This document shows, in pieces, positions 28,123-37,415 of a stretch of 64,000 bases of DNA. The stretch covers positions 1 to 64,000 of the IMG/VR virus record IMGVR_UViG_3300043425_001190; one strand, given 5' to 3'. Position numbers and translations under genes: made by a program. Every line of letters starts with the position of its first letter. The stretch's first letter is position 1. The stretch comes from a virus. Under the pieces are notes generated by a model, which was given only the letters and a program-made list of their open reading frames with translations, was not told where the DNA came from and made no database searches.

Positions 28123-28299
28123 ATGTCTGAAAATAAATCTGGTGACCTAATCCAGTGCACCAAATGCGGAACATACCGTTCAAAGAAAATCTCGGCATGC
28201 TTCACCTGCGCGGCCAGCGGTAAAAACAAAGAACCTCTCAAGGTCGCCCCTCGCAACGAATCAGTGACCAATGGTAAGACCCTCTTCAGAGAAGGTTGA
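28123..28299 (+). CDS. small zinc-finger protein (58 aa, not in ORF track)
   Basis: AAGGAGA RBS; CTKC...CFTC. Confidence 0.6.
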   Translation: MSENKSGDLIQCTKCGTYRSKKISACFTCAASGKNKEPLKVAPRNESVTNGKTLFREG

Positions 28300-28305
28300 T
28301 CCAAC

Positions 28306-28342
28306 GCCCCGGCTTGATGACTCAGCCGGGGTGCTTTATATT
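28306..28342 (+). promoter_or_regulatory. stem-loop overlapping a TTGATG-17-TATATT promoter upstream of primase
   Basis: CCCCGGCT/AGCCGGGG stem; -35 at 28314-28319, -10 at 28337-28342. Confidence 0.5.
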
Positions 28343-28361
28343 ATAGTAAAAAACGGGTTTT

Positions 28362-29594
28362 ATGGCAAGGTACGAATTAGCAATAATGAAGTTGGTAGCC
28401 GAGCGTTTCCACTCGAAATACCCTAATCTTCCCATGCGATATTCGTCATACCACGAGGCTTGGAATATGAGCTGCCCGGTATGCGGGGAGGGCAAATCTA
28501 TTGGTCAGAAGACACGTTTAAACGTGAAAGCTCGTGGTGAAGAAAACGATTCAATAGTGATATGTTATAACTCAGGATGTGAGTTATCACAACCAACAGA
28601 CCCGTTTGTGGCACTTGGTATTATGGAAGGACAGCCGGCCATTAAGATGAAAATGGAGCTAACCGGTAGGATTGTGGTAGATGAAGTCACCGGTGATAAG
28701 ATTTATAAAAGGAAAAGAATTTCGGTGGACCTACCACCAGGTACCATTATGATTACGCCGGCAGAAATTCATAAAGCGATTAGTGAAGATCCGTCGCAGG
28801 TTGAATACCTAAAGCCAATCTGTGCTGAGCTAACCAGGCGTAAAATCAACGAAGCTCCGTTCAGGCCCCCTCTGTATGTGGTGGTAAAAAAGGAGTGGGA
28901 CGAAAGGTCTGAGTATTGGAAAAACCGGTTCATCATACCATTCTACGGGATCATGCACAACCTAACCTGGTACCAGGGACGAACCATCGTAAAAGGTGAA
29001 GACCCGAAATACCGTGGTTGCACACAGAAGGCTGATGGTATCATCCTATATGGGCTTGAGAAACTACGGAACCCTAAGGCTATCACTCTGCTGGAAGGAC
29101 CAATAAACTCTTTCTTTGTGGCCAACGGGATAGCGTGTGGTAACTCATTCATTTCGGTTGAAGAGTTGGATTACCTCAGCAAGGAGTTTAATGTCAAACG
29201 CAACCAGATTATCTGGATCGGCGATAACTTCTTAATAGATACCACCGCACGGTCTAACCTGTTTAGGGCTTTGGACCTTGGTATGAGAATTTTCACGTGG
29301 AAAGGCATTGATGTAAAAGATGTCAATGACTACGTGATTAAAACCAACGACCTAACCACCTTTGCAAACATAGATTACCTACTGGAGAACAGTTTATGCG
29401 GGATGTCAGCGGAATGCGCCCTCAAGATAATGGGCATAACCAGAGAGTCGGTGAAAGCCGAGAAGATCGAGAGGAAGAAAATCTCCTCAGGAGCGTCCCA
29501 ACCATCCAACAGTATGTCGACGATATCACAGGCGGACAAAGCAAAAAATATCTTCGAAGCTTTAACTTCGAAAAATCGTTCAACACCTATATGA
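28362..29594 (+). CDS. gp61: DNA primase (T4 gp61-like)
   Basis: CPVCG..CYNSGC zinc ribbon, RFIIPF..YQGR..PKY, TOPRIM EGP..S.F, KDVND. Confidence 0.85.
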   Translation: MARYELAIMKLVAERFHSKYPNLPMRYSSYHEAWNMSCPVCGEGKSIGQKTRLNVKARGEENDSIVICYNSGCELSQPTDPFVALGIMEGQPAIKMKMELTGRIVVDEVTGDKIYKRKRISVDLPPGTIMITPAEIHKAISEDPSQVEYLKPICAELTRRKINEAPFRPPLYVVVKKEWDERSEYWKNRFIIPFYGIMHNLTWYQGRTIVKGEDPKYRGCTQKADGIILYGLEKLRNPKAITLLEGPINSFFVANGIACGNSFISVEELDYLSKEFNVKRNQIIWIGDNFLIDTTARSNLFRALDLGMRIFTWKGIDVKDVNDYVIKTNDLTTFANIDYLLENSLCGMSAECALKIMGITRESVKAEKIERKKISSGASQPSNSMSTISQADKAKNIFEALTSKNRSTPI

Positions 29595-29709
29595 TTTTGA
29601 ATCGTCTGAGTGAGGTCAGGCCGGACAAATCGCTAGAGTTGATGCAAATATCATACCTCAAAGAAGCATCAAAAGAACAAATTTATAACCTGTTATGTGA
29701 GGCTTTCAA

Positions 29710-30273
29710 ATGAACCTAGACGTTTTAGCAAAACTGCTACAGGCAACCGAAAACGATGATGGTTTCCTGGTCTGTAAAAAAGGTAAATTCTCTTTCCATA
29801 AAGGATCGTTGTTTAGCGGAACAGCGTTATGTGGTAAAAGGATACCGTTGGTGAGAGAACACAGGGTACAGGAACTCAGCAATAACCACATAGATGTGTA
29901 CATCGTTGAATCTCCAGTAGAATTTGTTGAAACAGAATTCATCACTTTATCCGGCCGATATGCTACCGTAGACAAGAGACAAGGTAGCCCATACACCGAA
30001 ATGGCTGTTTGGATATCATGCGACAAAGAATTTGTTGATACATTAACTGGTAGCATTGATGATTCTTGTTCGATGATTGAACAGACAAAATGGGCCGTCA
30101 AAAACTCCATGGCCGATGAATGCGTTGTGTGCGACGTTTCATCATCAATAGCTGTTGGCGGGTATAACAAAACCGTAAAGTTAACCGGTGGCCAACTTTA
30201 CGTTGTTGTTTATAGTACCGGTACCCCAAACCTTACTTTGGGGTTTGATGCGGCGTTTACCGAAGAATCTTAA
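29710..30273 (+). CDS. hypothetical protein, paralogue of 30787-31293
   Basis: shares SPVEF..TEF...SGRY, TKW, IA.GGYNK.V.L, FDAAF.EE. Confidence 0.75.
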   Translation: MNLDVLAKLLQATENDDGFLVCKKGKFSFHKGSLFSGTALCGKRIPLVREHRVQELSNNHIDVYIVESPVEFVETEFITLSGRYATVDKRQGSPYTEMAVWISCDKEFVDTLTGSIDDSCSMIEQTKWAVKNSMADECVVCDVSSSIAVGGYNKTVKLTGGQLYVVVYSTGTPNLTLGFDAAFTEES

Positions 30274-30743
30274 TAACCAGCCTTTGCTAGCTCAGATGCC
30301 TCTAACGGTGTTAGAGGTGATTTTGCGTATACACCACCAAACATCCGTACGCTTCTATACACAGACAGCGATGTAAACAGACCAATTTTGTTTTTGCGCA
30401 TAGCCTGGTATAGCAGCTCATCGGCCTGTTCTCTAGTGCACAGACCTTTTTTACACAAAAGATAGCAAAAGTCATGTATGGCGTATGCTGACCATGCCGA
30501 CGGGTCCGTTGGGGTTATTACCCTCCAGAAAAAACGTGGTACACTACCTTCAAACCTGAATCCGTCTTCTATGGTTATCTCTGTTAGTATAACGTCTTTA
30601 CCGGTTCTTGATGTGACAACAAAAGAGTATTGACCGATAAGTTTCAATCTGTCATCTTCCTCGTTGAAAAGCACCGTGCATACCGGTTCTTTTTCCCAAT
30701 TAACGTTGACAATTTCGTCGTTAAACAGTAGTTTATTTGGCAT
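30270..30743 (-). CDS. DUF1353 protein
   Basis: GF....SVPRFFW....P......A..IHDF.Y......R..AD. Confidence 0.8.
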   Translation of the reverse strand: MPNKLLFNDEIVNVNWEKEPVCTVLFNEEDDRLKLIGQYSFVVTSRTGKDVILTEITIEDGFRFEGSVPRFFWRVITPTDPSAWSAYAIHDFCYLLCKKGLCTREQADELLYQAMRKNKIGLFTSLSVYRSVRMFGGVYAKSPLTPLEASELAKAGY

Positions 30744-30786
30744 GGTCTAACCTCTTTTCTTTTACCTAATACATTGGAGACAAAAC

Positions 30787-31293
30787 GTGAGTACCAGAAA
30801 GTTTGACGGGATGAAGCTTAACATAAACCAAATGTTGTTGACCAAAAACAACAACGCTCTAAAAAATTTACCGGTTGGCGGGTATGTTATACCTTCCCCG
30901 GTGGAGTTTATTAAAACCGAGTTCTTAATGATTTCTGGCCGTTATATGGCATCGTCTCCGTCCGATAGCGAGGATTTAGATTCTAAAAAATGTAGTACCG
31001 CGATGTGGTGTTTTAGTAGCATGCATGAGGCATACAGGCTGATTCACAGCGCCCCAGATGATAAACACGAAGCCACTAAGTGGATGGCTCAACATTCATT
31101 AGACGAAAACTGTGTATTCGCTGATATCACCGGCTCAAACATTGCTATAGGTGGATACAACAAAATGGTTGCGTTGAGCTTTCAAGCTTTCGTTCTTGTT
31201 GTTTACAGTAATAACCGTTGGTATAACAGTGACGGCACCGGTGAAGGTGCCGTCACTGTCAACTTTGATGCAGCGTTTAGTGAAGAGGATTAA
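30787..31293 (+). CDS. hypothetical protein, paralogue of 29710-30273
   Basis: GGAGA RBS, GTG start; shared motifs. Confidence 0.75.
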   Translation: MSTRKFDGMKLNINQMLLTKNNNALKNLPVGGYVIPSPVEFIKTEFLMISGRYMASSPSDSEDLDSKKCSTAMWCFSSMHEAYRLIHSAPDDKHEATKWMAQHSLDENCVFADITGSNIAIGGYNKMVALSFQAFVLVVYSNNRWYNSDGTGEGAVTVNFDAAFSEED

Positions 31294-32048
31294 ACGCGGT
31301 CGTAGTCAAAGTAGGTTTTGTCGCCGGTGGCCATGTTGATCGCCCAAGTGATGGTGGAACCGGAAAGGGTGAATCCGTTGCCTTCAGTGTAACGGATGCC
31401 ACCAAAGTAGCCAGCGATGGTGCCGGCGATCGGGGTGTATGCCAGGGTCTGGGTGGGGCTGCCGTTGGTGACGGTTGGGAATTCTCCGATCACACGAGCT
31501 GGGGGAACATAGACCTCGTAGCCCTTGCCAATGATCAGGTCATCAGTACCAACGATGCCGGTTCCGGTATCGTTCTTGACAACCCAGACCTGGTCAGCGT
31601 AGGTACCGGCTTCAACGGTGAACGATTTGCCACCAAGATCAACGCCGACAAGGGCGTCAGCCGAGCGGGTCCAAGAGCCACCATCAACGGCAGTGTAAAT
31701 GCCGTCGGCGGTGGATGTGGTTTGGCCAGCAACGAAAACTCGGTCTCCGGCGACGATCACTCGGCCATTGATGGTTTGACCAATGTTGGCCAGGGTGATG
31801 TTAACGGTGGAGACAGTGTCAACAGCGTTGAGGCCCGGTTTGGCCAGGGCGGCGAGCAGGCTGTTAACCTGACCTAGAGTGGCTGGCGAGGTGCTGTCGA
31901 CGGCGGCTTTCAGACCGATGAAGGTGGCGTTGTTGGCACCGGCGGTGAGGTCTAGGTCGACACCACCAAAGAAGTTCGCTTTGAAGAGTGAAGAACTGAG
32001 AGTGCCGTCAACTGAGGTACGGTCGAGGTCTACAGATTTGAGTGACAT
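31290..32048 (-). CDS. virion structural protein (fibre/decoration-like)
   Basis: GDRVFV.GQT....DGIY.....WTRS.DA motif seen in phage fibre proteins; own late promoter; strong codon bias. Confidence 0.65.
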   Translation of the reverse strand: MSLKSVDLDRTSVDGTLSSSLFKANFFGGVDLDLTAGANNATFIGLKAAVDSTSPATLGQVNSLLAALAKPGLNAVDTVSTVNITLANIGQTINGRVIVAGDRVFVAGQTTSTADGIYTAVDGGSWTRSADALVGVDLGGKSFTVEAGTYADQVWVVKNDTGTGIVGTDDLIIGKGYEVYVPPARVIGEFPTVTNGSPTQTLAYTPIAGTIAGYFGGIRYTEGNGFTLSGSTITWAINMATGDKTYFDYDRV

Positions 32049-32081
32049 GGTTATGCTCCGTGTTGGGTGACAATCTATTTA

Positions 32082-32441
32082 TTATACTGGGTTATGCCAA
32101 TAATTCAAATCGATTTTATCACCGTTGATGAAATTGTCTCTCCACGGTGACAAAAGCAACAGGTTTTGCCCAACAACAGACCACTTACCCGGCCCAACCT
32201 GTGGGATACTACTGAAGTATACCTCCATAGTATCAGCGATAGGGACGAAATCAAGCGGAATTTGGGTTTGTCCGGTGAGGAATGTGTGTTGTTGTTGATG
32301 ACCTTTATGGTCGCCAAGCCCGGTAAGAGCGTCTTGTACGTTGTTTTCTGGTACGTTGGCATCGGGCACAAACGACACAAGGTTTGCCTGCGTAGGTTGG
32401 TTGATCGTGACGACTGGTGGTTTTCCTGGGTGGAACGTCAT
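32082..32441 (-). CDS. putative virion protein
   Basis: NVQDAL motif and small beta domain ending GDKIDLNY. Confidence 0.6.
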   Translation of the reverse strand: MTFHPGKPPVVTINQPTQANLVSFVPDANVPENNVQDALTGLGDHKGHQQQHTFLTGQTQIPLDFVPIADTMEVYFSSIPQVGPGKWSVVGQNLLLLSPWRDNFINGDKIDLNYWHNPV

Positions 32442-32875
32442 TAGTCAGCCCTTGCCACGTAAATGGCCGAAAAGGTTATACCGACATGACCGCCACCGAC
32501 GACCTTAATCACCGGCATGACTTTGTTTACGTCCTCCGGGTCGATAATCATGCCAACCGAGGTGCCTTGGTAAACGCGAATGAAATCCTGTCCAACACCA
32601 CCAGCCATGGACACGTTTAGTGCATCATCAAACGAAAGAGTGAACTCGTTGACGATATACCCAGGTGGGACGGCCAATGTATCCATGATAGTGCCATCGT
32701 TGGCAACTAGCAGGTTTTTAGTGAAAATCCTGGTGCATGCCGGACTTGTTGCCACCATTTTGGCTTTTGGCCTTTCACGTCCGTTTTGCACAGCACCAAG
32801 AACAAGCCAGGACTCCTTATCGGCTAGATAGGTGTCGCCAAAGTCGTCCGATACTCGTGTGGTTGGATCGCCCAT
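32441..32875 (-). CDS. putative virion protein, paralogue of 55586-55993
   Basis: FTKN, VP.G....E, MAG..GQDF, IDP.DV....PV.KV..G shared. Confidence 0.7.
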   Translation of the reverse strand: MGDPTTRVSDDFGDTYLADKESWLVLGAVQNGRERPKAKMVATSPACTRIFTKNLLVANDGTIMDTLAVPPGYIVNEFTLSFDDALNVSMAGGVGQDFIRVYQGTSVGMIIDPEDVNKVMPVIKVVGGGHVGITFSAIYVARAD

Positions 32876-32902
32876 ACTTTTTATCCTTATACCTGATACT
32901 TA

Positions 32903-35182
32903 TTACAGGTAATTGTGGGGTGGGAATTTAGCAGTTATTGTTGGGCCTTGTACTGTGTTAGATGTGGTATATCCTTCGGTGGCCGGATCCAAATAGGCGG
33001 CTACCGCGTTTACGGCCAGGGCCTGAGCTGCAGTCCAATCAGTGTCTTTATGATACAGGTAACTGGTTGGAATCGATTCTGTTCCACGAGTAGGGTGAAT
33101 CCATTGTAGGTTGAACGACCCGGTTACCGAGTCATAATCCCAGCCGTCTAACATGTAGGCGTAGAGGCCAGCTTTCAGTCGGATTTTTCTTTTTGTAGTT
33201 GGGTCAACAGCATCCACCGAAGCTTTGAAGTCGACGTTGTGCGAACCAGACCCGTGGTATAGGGTGTCGAACCCGGTAAACGTCTGTGAAGGCGTTGAGT
33301 TGATGTATTTTGTGCCGGCACTGCTTGTGCTGGCGTTATCGGCGTGAATAAGTGGATACATGTCAGTTGCCGGGTCACCTGGTTCATAACGCCACTGGTC
33401 TCCACCACCGGCCCAACCAGCTGTTTTCTTTAGGCAAAGGAACAGGCTGGCACCCTCTTCACCACCGGCAATAAACCCATAATCACCATCGTTCTTGATG
33501 TTGATGTACCCAAAGTACCTACCCTGGATGTTATTGCTGGAAGGGTTAGCCTGGTATTTGTAGTCAGTCCCAACAGCCGGGTAGGTTGGCGATCCAGATA
33601 ACTTCGGGTTTCCTGGGAACACACAATTTGGGTAGCTGTTATACGAAAGTTTGCCGCTCTTCTTAATAACCCTTACGTTTTGTGGGGTAGCAAGCCAGTC
33701 TATTTTCAACGGCATCAGGTTTGGCAGCGATTTACCAGTACCAGACGGGAAGTTAGTGGTGCGTGATTTGTGGTAGAACATACCAATGTAACCAGGCGAG
33801 TAACCAGCATGAGCATCCTCTAGATCGTTGTCTACCTGCAGGGCATCTTCAGCGATTTTAGTAATGGTTATCTGGCCAAACCTGGTGTCGTTGTTGTCGT
33901 ATTTGGCTGGGTCAGCTGTTCCAGCAGTTCCATATGACGGCCCATATGCCTCAAAGTCACCAACTCCGGTTGTCACAGTAAACGATGCGTTATGCATGAC
34001 TTTAGAATGGATAGCGAAGGAAGCTGTCTCTTCAGACACTGACAAACACATCTCAACCGGAACTACAGTTTGCATCGCGTAGGCTGTCTTTGCGGCCAGA
34101 CCAGGGTTGAATACCGCCACTCTGCTTAGGTCAAAACCGCCAGTGTCTTGGTTAAACTTCGACAAAACTACAGCGGTATCATACGCGTCGTGGTTGTACC
34201 TTGGCAGCTGTACTTGACCAGTTATGGTGTACGTTCCGGTTGGCAGTGTTATAACTGTGTACCCAGATTCGACGTTGTTTCCAACACCAACCCCAGAATC
34301 GCCGGCAAATGTTGGGAACCCGGCTGAACCAGGGGTCCAGCCAGGAATTGATGTAGCGCCTCCGATACCCATGCCATCATTGTAAGAAGAGGTATACGAT
34401 ATATCAACGTTGGCGTTGATGGCACCAGGTTTCGTGATTGTCAGTGTCTGACCAGACAAGGAGCCATCTAGCACAAGAAGCTTTTTACCGTCAAGTGTGG
34501 TCCATCCACCTGGGGTATAAACGGTTGCCGGAGTAGCTGGACCGTTTACGATATATATCGTTTCGTAGGTGTTTGTTGATTTCGCATCGCATAGAACCAC
34601 ATCACCGGTCTGTAATGTGACTCCCTCGACAACGGTTCCAGATAACAGACGAGGAGCCGGGTTGCTGTTTACTAAATCCATGGCCCTTACTACGAGGTCA
34701 ACCCCGTCTGGAGGGGTGATGGTGGATGTCGGGTCAGTAACAGACAAAACCTCGTCACCCTGAATGTAACAGTATGTTGGCGAGTCCACATCTCGACTGA
34801 CCGCCGCTGTTGGGGTGAACAGCTGAGAGTTAGTATTTTTCTTTGTAACAACGTGAGTTATTTTGGCACCAGGTATAGCGGCCACCATCAGGTCACTAAA
34901 CCTCATCGGCATCCCCAAATCAGCCAGCCAACTGTTGTTAAGGACGTTATCCGGTAGGTAAGCCCATGTGTTTTTTGGGGTCATTATGTATGGTTTAGCG
35001 CCGTTATCCGGCTTTCTGTTTGCCAGCACCATAACAGGTGACGCACCTGAATCACCAGCCACCAACTCGAACCCGGTACCGGCTTGGTTTAGTACTAGAG
35101 AGTACCTGGTGTTTGGTGTTACAACGGACCCGTTTAGGTTTAGGTCACCCAAAACTTGCGATAGATTAAAACCGTTGGACAT
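32903..35182 (-). CDS. tail fibre / receptor-binding protein with C-terminal PA14-like domain
   Basis: G/T/S-rich; GYINI...GDY.F....EEG..L...IRLKAG.Y...LQW..P....IP.SYL resembles PA14. Confidence 0.6.
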   Translation of the reverse strand: MSNGFNLSQVLGDLNLNGSVVTPNTRYSLVLNQAGTGFELVAGDSGASPVMVLANRKPDNGAKPYIMTPKNTWAYLPDNVLNNSWLADLGMPMRFSDLMVAAIPGAKITHVVTKKNTNSQLFTPTAAVSRDVDSPTYCYIQGDEVLSVTDPTSTITPPDGVDLVVRAMDLVNSNPAPRLLSGTVVEGVTLQTGDVVLCDAKSTNTYETIYIVNGPATPATVYTPGGWTTLDGKKLLVLDGSLSGQTLTITKPGAINANVDISYTSSYNDGMGIGGATSIPGWTPGSAGFPTFAGDSGVGVGNNVESGYTVITLPTGTYTITGQVQLPRYNHDAYDTAVVLSKFNQDTGGFDLSRVAVFNPGLAAKTAYAMQTVVPVEMCLSVSEETASFAIHSKVMHNASFTVTTGVGDFEAYGPSYGTAGTADPAKYDNNDTRFGQITITKIAEDALQVDNDLEDAHAGYSPGYIGMFYHKSRTTNFPSGTGKSLPNLMPLKIDWLATPQNVRVIKKSGKLSYNSYPNCVFPGNPKLSGSPTYPAVGTDYKYQANPSSNNIQGRYFGYINIKNDGDYGFIAGGEEGASLFLCLKKTAGWAGGGDQWRYEPGDPATDMYPLIHADNASTSSAGTKYINSTPSQTFTGFDTLYHGSGSHNVDFKASVDAVDPTTKRKIRLKAGLYAYMLDGWDYDSVTGSFNLQWIHPTRGTESIPTSYLYHKDTDWTAAQALAVNAVAAYLDPATEGYTTSNTVQGPTITAKFPPHNYL

Positions 35183-35538
35183 TAGTTGATTCCCGAGTTG
35201 ATTTCAGATTGTTCCATGGATTCAAAGGCTAACTGGGCTTGGTCAATAGCCATGTCTAAAAGTGTACACACGTCATCTTTCGATATAGTAACCCAGCTGT
35301 TGGTGTGGGTCCTCCATCTGAATGACTGTCTGGTTCTTGACATACTTGCCACGGCGAAAGCCACAAAGTCTACCGAAAATAAATTTCCGTTGTATGAAAT
35401 TGGGGTGTTTACTGCCGACAACCTTGAGTCCTTCATAGACTGGGTAATAATGAAAGACATAATCGTTTCGCGTGACGAATCTAGTTTAACGGTTGTTAAA
35501 CTGTCGTTGCTCTGTAGAACTAAGTTTGGTTGGCTCAT
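35182..35538 (-). CDS. DUF4376-like tail fibre assembly protein
   Basis: I.YNG..F..D...WRT..N.WV.I pattern; lies between fibre genes. Confidence 0.55.
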   Translation of the reverse strand: MSQPNLVLQSNDSLTTVKLDSSRETIMSFIITQSMKDSRLSAVNTPISYNGNLFSVDFVAFAVASMSRTRQSFRWRTHTNSWVTISKDDVCTLLDMAIDQAQLAFESMEQSEINSGIN

Positions 35539-35539
35539 A

Positions 35540-37381
35540 TTACCACTTTGTGATTTCTATGTTGCCACCGGTAAAGGTGGTTGCTGGGTTTAGGAAGAAG
35601 ATTCTAACACCGTATATGGCGGACGTTGTTTTTACATAACGTGAGTACTGGGAAGAATACCCGTTCATTCTTGTATCACCGCCGTTTACGTTATCGTGTG
35701 TGCCAACCGAGTCACGGTATGAGAACGAAGTCATTACCGGCTGAAAGTCGTTTCCGTCGGTTGGTAGTGGTATCTTCATCTCACCATATATGCCATATCC
35801 TAGTTTTGCAGTATCCTGCAGAACAAACCCGGTGATGAACGACCCGTTTGTTGGGTAAACAGACCCGGTGATTGGGTTTCCGTTACTGTCGATTGCCTGT
35901 ATAACCAGGTTATCGTCGGCATTACCGGACACACCGTTAAACTTAACCTTTAAACCGCTTATCAACTCGCTGTACTGAGTTGTTGAAAGGTAAATGTCGA
36001 CAATGGCCGAGCCTGGTACAATGTCCTTTTTAATCAAAGGGGTGAACGGGTCTTCGTAAAATCCGTAGTATTTGGTTTTAACGATTGTGGCGGTGTTGTC
36101 TCTAATATGCCAAACACCGTCACCAGATGAGAATGCAACAACACTGTTTGAACCCGCAGTGACAGCCGTAAACGTTAATTCTGCCGTATCCGAGTCATCG
36201 TCAGACAAGAATTCACCGTCTAAGCCACCGTACTCGGCGTACCAACCTGAGGCGGGTTTAACCAAAACCGTTGTACCATCACCGGAACGCCTAACAGTAA
36301 CATTTTCACCATCGTTCATAGAGTGAAGCTGGACGGTAACCCCAGTGGCGGTTACTAATATCAGCTTGCCTGCATAACTTGGGTCAGTAGTTATGGTGGC
36401 CCCAGGGGTGGAGGCCAAAACAACCCCCTTATACCCGGTAAAGTCGGTGGTTCCTGTGTTTTTAAAACCAACAACGTTAACAATGTCGATATAATCGTCA
36501 ACGGACCGGTTTAGTGTGGCTGCCAAGGTGATGCTGTTAGGACCGGATTCTGAGTATTGGTCAGGTCCAAGTTTCTTACCGTTTTGGAATACAAACAGCG
36601 TACCGTCTCCGGGAACGTATGTTCCGCTAACCAGTGTTATAACCAGCGAACCGGAGTCTTCACCGGTTGCAATGGTGTGGCTGTCTCTCCACGGCTGTGA
36701 GTATCCAGCTATTGTTGAGATTGTAACATTGCCCGCTGAAGGAGACAAGAACGCTCTCTGATCAACAAAGTCGGCATCGGTGAATACATTACCTGAACCT
36801 GGGTCGATAACTTTAACCTTGCAAATGTAAACACCGAGTGTGGTAGACGATGGATCAGCGTACGAAATCTCTGGTGACAACACGTTGTTTTCCATACAGA
36901 TGTAAACAAACGATCCTGGGGTTGCGGATGGTGGAGCGTCTACCAGAATTTCATCCGAAGAAGAATACTGGTTTAATACCGCTTTGGTGTTGTCGCCGAA
37001 TGACTTCCAGTTGCCACGGCCAATACGCAGCTTACCGTTAGCCATTACCACCGGGCGAAGCATATCAACGTTTCTCTCGTTGATAGTACTGGCCATGAAT
37101 TTACCGTCATCACCAACACCACCAGTTTTCTGGCGTAGTATTGTGGTTGGGGTGTAGGCCCCGTTAGTGGTCGGGTCACCGGATAGCTGTGCGGAATGAC
37201 TGCTAGCATCTGGCCCAACGTCAACCAGATCGGCCAGGGTCATAGCGTTGACGTAGTCACGGATATCAAGCGTGTTCTGCAAAAGCTTCTGGTGCGGCCT
37301 GTTCGAGTTGGTTGCCACTACTAATTCGTTAGCACGTACGTTGACTTTATCACGCGAAGGGTTCGTAAGGATAAGTGGCAT
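35540..37381 (-). CDS. tail fibre protein
   Basis: NRP...L..N baseplate-attachment-like start, L.DL.DV, D.R.F, VFQNG beta domain. Confidence 0.6.
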   Translation of the reverse strand: MPLILTNPSRDKVNVRANELVVATNSNRPHQKLLQNTLDIRDYVNAMTLADLVDVGPDASSHSAQLSGDPTTNGAYTPTTILRQKTGGVGDDGKFMASTINERNVDMLRPVVMANGKLRIGRGNWKSFGDNTKAVLNQYSSSDEILVDAPPSATPGSFVYICMENNVLSPEISYADPSSTTLGVYICKVKVIDPGSGNVFTDADFVDQRAFLSPSAGNVTISTIAGYSQPWRDSHTIATGEDSGSLVITLVSGTYVPGDGTLFVFQNGKKLGPDQYSESGPNSITLAATLNRSVDDYIDIVNVVGFKNTGTTDFTGYKGVVLASTPGATITTDPSYAGKLILVTATGVTVQLHSMNDGENVTVRRSGDGTTVLVKPASGWYAEYGGLDGEFLSDDDSDTAELTFTAVTAGSNSVVAFSSGDGVWHIRDNTATIVKTKYYGFYEDPFTPLIKKDIVPGSAIVDIYLSTTQYSELISGLKVKFNGVSGNADDNLVIQAIDSNGNPITGSVYPTNGSFITGFVLQDTAKLGYGIYGEMKIPLPTDGNDFQPVMTSFSYRDSVGTHDNVNGGDTRMNGYSSQYSRYVKTTSAIYGVRIFFLNPATTFTGGNIEITKW

Positions 37382-37415
37382 GGTATTTGTTCCTATATGC
37401 GGTATTTATTTCAGG

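Noticed and set aside
29090-29115. Primase TOPRIM EGPIN instead of EGPID as a sign of inactivation
   Set aside because: The catalytic Glu, zinc ribbon and downstream acidic motifs are intact; one substitution is not enough evidence.
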